From an uncultured Verrucomicrobiae bacterium (lineage in GTDB: Bacteria; Verrucomicrobiota; Verrucomicrobiia; Chthoniobacterales; UBA10450), in assembly GCA_963756875.1 (NCBI GenBank), contig CAVWPA010000001.1, forward strand, positions 352,001 to 416,000: a stretch of 64,000 nt of DNA, given 5' to 3'. Positions within the stretch are counted from its first letter, which is position 1. Each line of letters opens with the position of its first letter. Below, piece after piece: positions 56,816 through 64,000 of this stretch. Below the pieces are notes generated by a model. That model did not search any database. It was not told where the DNA came from and was given only the letters and a program-made list of their open reading frames with translations. Made by a program: the position numbers and the translations under genes.

Positions 56816-58615
56816 ATGGCCCTGAAGGATTATAAGCGGAAGCGCGACTTCTCGAAGACGGCCGAGCCGAAAGGAGGGAAGCCGCTTCCAAAGCAGGTTC
56901 GCGGCGCATCGCGGTTTACCATTCAAAAACACGATGCCAGCCGGTTGCATTACGATTTCAGGCTCGAAATGGGAGGCGTTTTGAAATCGTGGGCTTTGCC
57001 TAAAGGCTTGCCATGGGCCCGAGGCGAGAAGCATTTAGCGGTAGAAGTTGAAGATCATCCGGTCGAGTACGCGAATTTCGAGGGCGTTATACCGGAAGGT
57101 CAATATGGCGGCGGCAGCGTGATGCTGTGGGATCGCGGGAAGTATTATGTCTATGGCGAACAACCGGAAAAATCGTGGCGTGAAGGAAAATTGCATCTTG
57201 TACTCGATGGCGAAAAAGCCAAGGGTGAATGGACGCTCGTGCGCATTCGCGGCCGTGATGGTGAGAAAAATCAGTGGCTGATCCTCAAAACCGGCTCGGA
57301 TACGCGGGCACCTTCTAAAAAACGTGAAGACGAATCGGTCAAGACGGGCCGCAGCATGAAGCAGATCGCGGAGGAACACGACGCCGAGTGGCAATCAAAT
57401 CGGGGAGAAACCGACACGAGTGCGAAATCGAGATTGAAATCGCGCATCAAAGCGGCCCTTAAAAAAAAAGAAAAAGCTGAAATTGTAGGGCAGGCAGTCG
57501 CCGCGGCGCCCCTGCCTAAATCGGCAGATGCCAACCGGGGCGGTCGCCCTGCAACGCGAAGGTCGGCATCTTCGGAGGGCGGAGTAAAGCGCATCATTGT
57601 GGGTTTACCAGCGGCCAAACCTCATTTCATCAGCCCGATGAAGCCGAAGCTAGTAGACGAGCCGCCGAAACGCGGCGACTGGCTTTACGAGCTGAAATTT
57701 GACGGGATTCGTGCCATCGCAATCAAGAACGGCGTGAAAGTCTCGTTACTCTCGCGAAACGAGAAGACGTTGGATGCACGTTTCCCCGAGATTGTCGATG
57801 CGGTGAAGACCTTGCCCGCGCGCGAATGCGTGATCGATGGTGAAGTCGTCGCCCTTGACGATAAAGGGCGCTCCTCGTTTCAATTATTGCAGGCGCGCGA
57901 AATGTTCGCCACGGGACGAATCCGTCCGACCGGCGGAGAGGAGCAAAAAGCGCCGCTCTGCTTTTACGTTTTCGATCTGCTGGAAATTGAGGGCAAAAGC
58001 CTGATCAAGCTTCCGCTTGGCGAGCGGAAGAAGCTGCTCGCGAAAATCTGTGAAGAAGCAGGCGACCCAGTCCGTTGCTCAGGCGAGATCGGCGGCGACG
58101 TGAAATCATTGCTTGCGGAGGTAAAACGGCGTGGCCTGGAGGGCCTGGTAGGCAAGCAGCGGAATTCCGTTTACGAGCCGGGACGGCGCAGTGGCGCGTG
58201 GATCAAGTTGAAATGTCTGAACGAACAGGAATTCGTTATCGGGGGCTTCACGCCGCCCGGTGGAGCACGCAAACACTTCGGGGCAATTCTCGTCGGCTAT
58301 TTCGAAGGCCACCGGCTGATTTTTGCCGGGAAAGTCGGAACCGGATTCACCGAGGAGACATTGTCGATGTTGCACAAACGGTTTCGGAAAGACGAGCGCG
58401 ACGACTGTCCCTTCACTAATCTGCCGTCAAAAAAGGGCGGACAGTGGACGCAGGGAATCACGCCGCGGATGATGCAGAAAATGCATTGGATCAATCCGGT
58501 CCTGATTGCACAAATTAAATTCGCTGAATGGACGCGCGACGGAAAGTTACGGGCGCCGGTTTTCTTAGGTTTGCGCGAGGACAAGAAAGCGCGCGAAGTG
58601 ACCCGCGAAGGATGA
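56816..58615 (+). CDS. ligD: NHEJ DNA ligase D (phosphoesterase + ligase domains, no polymerase domain)
   Basis: YKRKRDF, QKHDASRLHYDFRLE, ELKFDGIR, DGEVV, EGLVGK, WIKLK, LRAPVFLGLREDK. Confidence 0.93.
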   Translation: MALKDYKRKRDFSKTAEPKGGKPLPKQVRGASRFTIQKHDASRLHYDFRLEMGGVLKSWALPKGLPWARGEKHLAVEVEDHPVEYANFEGVIPEGQYGGGSVMLWDRGKYYVYGEQPEKSWREGKLHLVLDGEKAKGEWTLVRIRGRDGEKNQWLILKTGSDTRAPSKKREDESVKTGRSMKQIAEEHDAEWQSNRGETDTSAKSRLKSRIKAALKKKEKAEIVGQAVAAAPLPKSADANRGGRPATRRSASSEGGVKRIIVGLPAAKPHFISPMKPKLVDEPPKRGDWLYELKFDGIRAIAIKNGVKVSLLSRNEKTLDARFPEIVDAVKTLPARECVIDGEVVALDDKGRSSFQLLQAREMFATGRIRPTGGEEQKAPLCFYVFDLLEIEGKSLIKLPLGERKKLLAKICEEAGDPVRCSGEIGGDVKSLLAEVKRRGLEGLVGKQRNSVYEPGRRSGAWIKLKCLNEQEFVIGGFTPPGGARKHFGAILVGYFEGHRLIFAGKVGTGFTEETLSMLHKRFRKDERDDCPFTNLPSKKGGQWTQGITPRMMQKMHWINPVLIAQIKFAEWTRDGKLRAPVFLGLREDKKAREVTREG

Positions 58616-58641
58616 TCCTGTTTCTCTCCGAATCCAACCTT

Positions 58642-58893
58642 TTAGTCCCAGTTCTGCACCAGCAGCCAGACAAGCGCAGAAAGCATCCCGGCAAACGTCG
58701 ACAACACCAGAGCGGCGCGCTTTGACTGACGCGTCTTGAATTCCGGTCTGGGGATATCCTCGTGGATGTGGCTGGCTTCGTAAGCCTTCATTAGAAAATA
58801 GGCCACTACGAAGCCAACCGCAGCCCACTTGAAACACCCAAGGACGGTTTCGAGCATCGCAGGAGAATTTAGCGCCGTTACCGTTGGATTCAA
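58642..58893 (-). CDS. Small hypothetical membrane protein (2 TM)
   Basis: Two hydrophobic segments; ggagag RBS-like sequence upstream. Confidence 0.45.
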   Translation of the reverse strand: MNPTVTALNSPAMLETVLGCFKWAAVGFVVAYFLMKAYEASHIHEDIPRPEFKTRQSKRAALVLSTFAGMLSALVWLLVQNWD

Positions 58894-59021
58894 CTCAGGC
58901 TCTCCTTTGCGCCGCCGTTGGACCCTCGCTTGGGCGGGGCGGTCGGAACGCTTTCTGCTGATTCCGCAGATTCGGCGCGAGAAGTTATTGACATTTATTC
59001 ACAATTGAGGGAAACGAGTCT

Positions 59022-59062
59022 CCCGCCTTCGGTCGCCGCGGCGACCTTCGGCGTGGCAGGCC
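59022..59062 (-). repeat. Further copy of the CTGCCACGCCGNAG..GAAGGCGG motif, in the ku leader
   Basis: Reverse complement reads ggcctgccacgccgaaggtcgccgcggcgaccgaaggcggg. Confidence 0.75.
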
Positions 59063-59088
59063 CGCTTACTAAATAAAAGGAGGTCATT

Positions 59089-59946
59089 ATGCGTCCCATT
59101 TGGAAAGGTAGCATCAGTTTCGGATTGGTTTACATCCCAATCGCGGTCTATCCGGCGACCCGCGAAGAGAAGCTCAGCTTTCGCCAACTGCGCCGGACCG
59201 ACCTAAGCCCGATCAAGTACAAAAAAGTGGCTGAGGCTGACATGAAAGAGGTCCCTGCAGACCAGATCGTAAAGGGGTTCGAGTACGAACGCGGACGTTA
59301 CATTGTTCTAAACGAGGAAGATTTCGAGAAAGTGAAAATTGAATCGACCCATTCCATCGATATCACCGATTTCGTCGACCTCGACCAGGTCGACCCGAAG
59401 TTTTTCTACAAGCCATATTTTTTAGAGGCACAAAAGGGCGGCGAGAAGGCATATGCGCTTTTGCACAAGGCGTTGAGCGGCACCGGTAAGATCGGCATCG
59501 CCAAGGTGGTCATCAGTAATCGCGAATATCTGGCGGCCGTGAAGCCCGATGGATTATTTCTCATTCTCGAGCTGATGCATTTTGCCAGCGAAGTTCTCAG
59601 TCCGGAGGAATTGAATCGCCCTAGCACTGCGTTGAATGAGAAAGAACTGAAAATGGCGCACGCACTGATCGAGAGCATGTCATCCGATTGGGAACCGAAG
59701 AAATATCGGGACGAATACCGCAATGCAGTGATGGAGATGATCGAACAAAAGGCGAAAAACAAGCAGCTGCCTCCGGCGCCTGCTGCAGCGCCTCGCAGCA
59801 CAAACGTCGTCGATCTTGTGAAGGTTTTGCAGGAAAGCATCAATCGCTCGCAATCCGTGCGAGTTAAGCGCGGCGGGAACGGTGCGAGTGGGCGTCGAAG
59901 ATCGACATCCTCGCTGGTCAAGCAAAAGCGTCGCGCGGTGGCGTGA
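59089..59946 (+). CDS. ku: NHEJ Ku protein
   Basis: MRPIWKGSISFGLV, IVKGFEY, KAYALL, YRDEY, NVVDL; basic tail; RBS aaggagg. Confidence 0.96.
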   Translation: MRPIWKGSISFGLVYIPIAVYPATREEKLSFRQLRRTDLSPIKYKKVAEADMKEVPADQIVKGFEYERGRYIVLNEEDFEKVKIESTHSIDITDFVDLDQVDPKFFYKPYFLEAQKGGEKAYALLHKALSGTGKIGIAKVVISNREYLAAVKPDGLFLILELMHFASEVLSPEELNRPSTALNEKELKMAHALIESMSSDWEPKKYRDEYRNAVMEMIEQKAKNKQLPPAPAAAPRSTNVVDLVKVLQESINRSQSVRVKRGGNGASGRRRSTSSLVKQKRRAVA

Positions 59947-59950
59947 TGTT

Positions 59951-60010
59951 TGTAACGGCGCTTTATAAGCGTTGGAAGAATTAAGGCAACGGTCACAGAC
60001 CGTCGCTACA
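59951..60010. repeat. GTAG-type REP doublet between convergent genes
   Basis: tgtaacggcg ... cgtcgctaca; related to 38253-38330. Confidence 0.7.
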
Positions 60011-61225
60011 ATCCCGCGTTTGGATGTGTTCCGGCCGCGGGCCAAGCCCTATCAAGCGCGCGGGAAATTGCCGCAAGAATGGGAAATTCAGGAAGAGGCG
60101 GGGGAGAACTGGCAGCGCTGACTTCGTGCCTTTCTCGCGACCGGTCACGACACGCCTGTGAATGAAAGCCTGGATTTGCTGGATCACCGCAGTCGGCCAT
60201 TCGCGGCGGCGTTGCACCTCGTGCAGGTCTCGCAGTGAAACGGGACCGCGTCGCAGTTTTTCCGCGAGCAGATTCGCCGTCGCGACCGCGTCTTGAATTG
60301 CCAGATTGATTCCCACACCGCCGGTCGGCGACATGGCATGCGCAGCGTCCCCGATACAAAGAAGACCTTCGCGATACCACCTTCGCAGGCGATTGATCTG
60401 CACTGTCAGCAACTTGATCTTCGACCAATCGTCGAGTTCGGCCATGCGATCGCGCAGAAAATTCGCCATGCTCGCCAGGTTATCGTGGAATACCGGCAAT
60501 CCCTGGGTCTTGATTTGATCGAACCCGCCCTTGGGGATCACGTAACCGCATTGCCAGTAATCGCCGCGATCGAGCAGCACAAGCAGTTTGCCGTGCCGGA
60601 AAAAACCGAGCGTTTGTTGCGGGTCTCCATCGCGTTTCGAGACCCGCATCCAAAGCACATCGATCGGTACGCCAAACTCGCGTACTTCGAAGTCTGCGCG
60701 GTCGCGCACCGTCGAGCCGCGGCCGTCGGCGCCAAAAACCAGATCGGACCGCACTTCGACGTCGCCGCTCGGCGTTTTTGCGCGCACGCCGACGACGCGC
60801 ACGCCCTCGACGATCAGATCGGTTACTTCGTGCTCCATTTGGAGGTTAAAACTCGGAAAGCGTTTCGCGTGGGCGGAAAGAAAATTCAGGAAATCCCATT
60901 GCGGCATGAATGCGATGAACTTGCAGTGTGTCGGCAAATGCGTGAAATCCGCGATCGGAACGGTATGCCCATTAATCACGCCGCCGAGCATCGAGACTCT
61001 TTGATGAGGCTGCTGCAGAAATTCGTCGAGCAAACCGAGCTCGTACATCAGCTCGAGCGTGGATGGATGAATGGTGTCGCCGCGAAAGTCGCGAAAGAAG
61101 TCCTTGTGCTTTTCCAGCACTGCCACCTCGATGCCGGCGCGCGCGAGCAGAAAGCCGAGCATCATGCCGGCTGGGCCGCCCCCGACTACAACGCATCGCA
61201 TGTCAGAACTTTCCGGGGAGCCCAT
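59993..61225 (-). CDS. FAD-dependent oxidoreductase (UbiH-like aromatic monooxygenase family)
   Basis: VVGGGPAG, DFRGDTIHPST, GADG, IGDAAHAMSP.GGVGINLAIQDA. Confidence 0.9.
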   Translation of the reverse strand: MGSPESSDMRCVVVGGGPAGMMLGFLLARAGIEVAVLEKHKDFFRDFRGDTIHPSTLELMYELGLLDEFLQQPHQRVSMLGGVINGHTVPIADFTHLPTHCKFIAFMPQWDFLNFLSAHAKRFPSFNLQMEHEVTDLIVEGVRVVGVRAKTPSGDVEVRSDLVFGADGRGSTVRDRADFEVREFGVPIDVLWMRVSKRDGDPQQTLGFFRHGKLLVLLDRGDYWQCGYVIPKGGFDQIKTQGLPVFHDNLASMANFLRDRMAELDDWSKIKLLTVQINRLRRWYREGLLCIGDAAHAMSPTGGVGINLAIQDAVATANLLAEKLRRGPVSLRDLHEVQRRREWPTAVIQQIQAFIHRRVVTGREKGTKSALPVLPRLFLNFPFLRQFPARLIGLGPRPEHIQTRDCSDGL

Positions 61226-61233
61226 TGTTGAAG

Positions 61234-62163
61234 TCAGCCACGGTCGGGAACGGCAGCAACGGCCTCGGCTTCCTGGCGATCTTTCGTGCGGCGAAAAATC
61301 ATCCAGATGCCGATGAGAACAAAGCCGGTGCCAAACAACGACCAAACGGGAAATTTCTCACCACCAACGAGCCAGCCGAGCATGATCGCACCGGGCGGAG
61401 TGATGAGCGCGATGGTTTGGAGATTTGTGACGGACATGCGCGGCAACAGCCAGTAAAGGAGAAGGAACGTGAGCGCGGAGCCGACGATTGCGAGGTAGAA
61501 CAGGCAAAAAATGGACATCCCGGTCCAGTGGAAGCGAACAGGACTTCCATCGACAAGCAATCCAAGAACCAGCAACGGAGCGATGCCGAAAATCATTTGC
61601 CAGGCGGCGAGCATCGCCGGGGCGAGTTGGATTCGCCGCGCCTTGATAAGCACGTTTGAGAAGGCGGCGCTTGCCGCGCCAAAAACAATTCCTAGGCCGC
61701 CCCAGAATGCGAGCGGTCCTCCAAAATTGAGCAAACGAGCACAAATAACGGCTACGCCGCCCAGCGCGACGAGTCCCCCCGCAAACTTTTGTAATCGCAA
61801 TGGCTCCTCGGGTAGCATCCAATGCGCGAAAAACATTCCAAACATCGGGATTGTTGCCTGTAACACTGCGGCCAAGCCGGAGGAAACGTGAAGCTCGGCC
61901 CAAAAAAGAAGCGGGTAGTTCAGCGCGAACATCAGCACGCCGGTCAAAGCCAGAACGGCATAATCCGAACGACGCAAGGGCAATAGCCGGACACGGCCGA
62001 TCGATACGCCAAGAAGCACCACGATCGCGATGACGAACCGCATCGCAACGAACGAGATCGGCGGCAGGTCACGCAGACCCACTTTGATGGCGAGCCACGT
62101 AGAGCTCCAGACCACGCAAAGCGTGATCCACGCGGTTGCGATGCGCCAGGTTGTTCTTCTCAT
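61234..62163 (-). CDS. EamA/DMT family transporter
   Basis: VWSSTWLAIKVGL, PPISFVAMRF, SGLAAV, about 10 TM helices; ATG 62163. Confidence 0.9.
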   Translation of the reverse strand: MRRTTWRIATAWITLCVVWSSTWLAIKVGLRDLPPISFVAMRFVIAIVVLLGVSIGRVRLLPLRRSDYAVLALTGVLMFALNYPLLFWAELHVSSGLAAVLQATIPMFGMFFAHWMLPEEPLRLQKFAGGLVALGGVAVICARLLNFGGPLAFWGGLGIVFGAASAAFSNVLIKARRIQLAPAMLAAWQMIFGIAPLLVLGLLVDGSPVRFHWTGMSIFCLFYLAIVGSALTFLLLYWLLPRMSVTNLQTIALITPPGAIMLGWLVGGEKFPVWSLFGTGFVLIGIWMIFRRTKDRQEAEAVAAVPDRG

Positions 62164-62271
62164 TTTATCGCGAAACTCGCCCGGGCGCACCCCTTCGTAA
62201 AGGTGCCACTGTTTTTTAGCGGAAAAGGAACGAGTTTGTTGTTTTCCCGAATCCGTCAATAATACTATGCC

Positions 62272-62559
62272 ATGAAAGTAAACGTGATCGTAAAGCCGAA
62301 AGAAGCGGTGCTCGATCCGCAGGGTAACGCAGTGCGCGATGCGATGCGGCACCTTGGCGTGCCGGAGGTGCGTAATGTACAAATTGGCAAATACATGGAG
62401 ATCGATGTCGATGGAGAAAGCGCCGATCTCGAAAAAAGGCTGCACGGCCTTTGCCGGGATCTGCTTTCGAATCCGGTAATTGAAGATTACGAATTGCAAA
62501 AGACGAGTGCCAGAGCTGCGACGGAAAAGGGAAAGGCGGGAATCAAAAAGAAGAAATGA
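62272..62559 (+). CDS. purS: Phosphoribosylformylglycinamidine synthase subunit PurS
   Basis: VLDPQG, IGKY, LLSNPVIEDY. Confidence 0.95.
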   Translation: MKVNVIVKPKEAVLDPQGNAVRDAMRHLGVPEVRNVQIGKYMEIDVDGESADLEKRLHGLCRDLLSNPVIEDYELQKTSARAATEKGKAGIKKKK

Positions 62560-62750
62560 AAGCATTGCGATACTTTTTCTGCGTGGTGTTGCCGCCGGTC
62601 GCGGTGTTGCTGACCGGACGCGTTGGGAGTTTTTTTCTCAGTATCCTGTTAACCTTGCTTGGCTGGATACCGGGAGTCATTCATGCCTGCCTTGTAGTAA
62701 ACGACTATCATGAGGAGCAACGCGCGGCGCGCTATAAGGTGGCTCGTTAG
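62556..62750 (+). CDS. YqaE/Pmp3 family small membrane protein
   Basis: LPPVAV, ILLTLLGWIPGVIHA. Confidence 0.9.
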   Translation: MKALRYFFCVVLPPVAVLLTGRVGSFFLSILLTLLGWIPGVIHACLVVNDYHEEQRAARYKVAR

Positions 62751-62756
62751 ACCGGG

Positions 62757-63467
62757 ATGAAATTCGCCGTCATCCAGTTTCCTGGTTCGAATTGCGACCA
62801 GGATTGCATTGCCGGAATTAACAGTATGGAGGGACTTGAGGCCGAGTACGTCTGGCACAAGGAGACATCGCTGAATAATTACGATGCGATCGTTTTGCCA
62901 GGTGGCTTTTCTTACGGCGATTACTTGCGCTGTGGTGCGATCGCACGTTTCTCTCCGGTCATGCGTGCGCTGGTAAACGATGCGCACGACGGCAAGCTCG
63001 TCCTCGGCACGTGTAATGGGTTTCAGATACTCTGCGAGGCTGGGCTTCTGCCCGGCGCGCTCGTCCGCAACCGGTCGCTCCGGTTTGTCTGCGACATGGT
63101 GACAATGCGGGTAGAGGTGCCCGATTCTCTTTTCACCCACGGCTGTCCCGAGGGAACCCTGCTCCGAATGCCGGTCGCACACGGCGAAGGCTGCTATTTC
63201 GCCGATGAAAGGACGTTGCGCGAACTCAATGAACGTCGCCAAGTCATCCTGCATTATGCCGATCAACAGGGGCGTGTTGTTCCTGAAGCGAACCCGAACG
63301 GCTCGATTGAAAATATCGCGGGTATTTGCAATCGGGCAGGGAATGTCTTCGGTTTGATGCCGCATCCCGACCGCGCTTGTGATGCGCGGCTTGGAAGCGC
63401 CGATGGCGCAAGAATTTTCCGGTCGATGATACAAACGATCGAAGCCCAGCGCGCCGTGGCTGCATAG
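62757..63467 (+). CDS. purQ: Phosphoribosylformylglycinamidine synthase subunit PurQ
   Basis: [38 protein letters not shown]. Confidence 0.96.
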   Translation: MKFAVIQFPGSNCDQDCIAGINSMEGLEAEYVWHKETSLNNYDAIVLPGGFSYGDYLRCGAIARFSPVMRALVNDAHDGKLVLGTCNGFQILCEAGLLPGALVRNRSLRFVCDMVTMRVEVPDSLFTHGCPEGTLLRMPVAHGEGCYFADERTLRELNERRQVILHYADQQGRVVPEANPNGSIENIAGICNRAGNVFGLMPHPDRACDARLGSADGARIFRSMIQTIEAQRAVAA

Positions 63468-63478
63468 TCGACAGCCAC

Positions 63479-64000
63479 GTGAGCTTATTCGTAACCGGCA
63501 CAGATACGGGCGTGGGCAAAACGCACACGGTCGTTCAACTGTTGCGTTTGTTGCGGGCCGCAGGGAGATCCTGCGCCGGGTTCAAGCCCATTTGCTGCGG
63601 TGACCGACACGACGCAGAGCTTCTACTGGCGGTGAGCACGGAAGGTCTGACGATTGACCAAATTAATCCGCTGTGGTTGAAGACGCCGGCGGCGCCATTG
63701 ACGGCATCGAGGGTCGAAGGAATCGAGATCGACATTGAACCGCTGCTATCCGCGTTTATGGCTCTGCAAAAAGAGGTCGAACATGTTTTTGTCGAAGGCG
63801 TAGGGGGCTGGATGGTGCCGATCCGTGCCAATTATTTCGTGAGCGACCTTGCCGCCGAGATGAAACTACCGGTCGTGGTGGTGGCTCAGAATCGCCTCGG
63901 TTGTCTCAATCACACCGCATTGACAGTGCGTAGTGTGGCGGCCCATGGATTGAAGTGCGGGGGCGTCGTTCTGAATTCGCTCCCAGGACCGGACGACGTT
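63479..64000 (+). CDS. bioD: Dethiobiotin synthase, runs off the window end
   Basis: GTG 63479: [32 protein letters not shown]. Confidence 0.92.
   Translation, partial: MSLFVTGTDTGVGKTHTVVQLLRLLRAAGRSCAGFKPICCGDRHDAELLLAVSTEGLTIDQINPLWLKTPAAPLTASRVEGIEIDIEPLLSAFMALQKEVEHVFVEGVGGWMVPIRANYFVSDLAAEMKLPVVVVAQNRLGCLNHTALTVRSVAAHGLKCGGVVLNSLPGPDDV

Noticed and set aside
62164..62565. N-terminal extension of the EamA ORF
   Set aside because: Antisense to purS; the real start is ATG 62163.

Overview
Bacterial chromosomal segment. Protein style, the RpoB/RpoC sequences, Pro-Thr linkers and the intergenic repeat families suggest soil Verrucomicrobiota (Chthoniobacterales, 'Ca. Udaeobacter'-like); this is an inference, no search was run. 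The core scaffold is aroF, trpG/trpE, tRNA-Gly(GCC), nusA-infB-rbfA-nrnA-truB-ribF, rplA-rplJ-rplL-rpoB-rpoC-pduO-rpsB-tsf, ligD/ku and purS-purQ-bioD. Accessory modules are an ECF sigma/anti-sigma operon, an ArnT-like glycosyltransferase, a MarR-RND efflux operon, an ECF43-like sigma plus Ser/Thr-kinase-TPR pair facing a large beta-helix repeat protein, a B-family (ba3-type) oxidase operon with a cupredoxin and a cytochrome-c-fused subunit II, and several hydrolases including a GH57/GH119-like enzyme. Four things stand out. (1) A GIY-YIG mini-gene sits between two 121-bp structured direct repeats directly behind tRNA-Gly, and the repeat's core motif recurs twice elsewhere, once between 45-bp duplicated target sequences. 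(2) A high-GC glycosyltransferase cassette lies between two diverged copies of the arnT-end/promoter/marR-start region, with no integrase. (3) Short palindromic elements are inserted in frame inside several proteins and supply stop codons to others. (4) Four +1 frameshifts occur in unrelated genes and may be sequencing errors. No CRISPR array, rRNA gene or intact transposase was seen.
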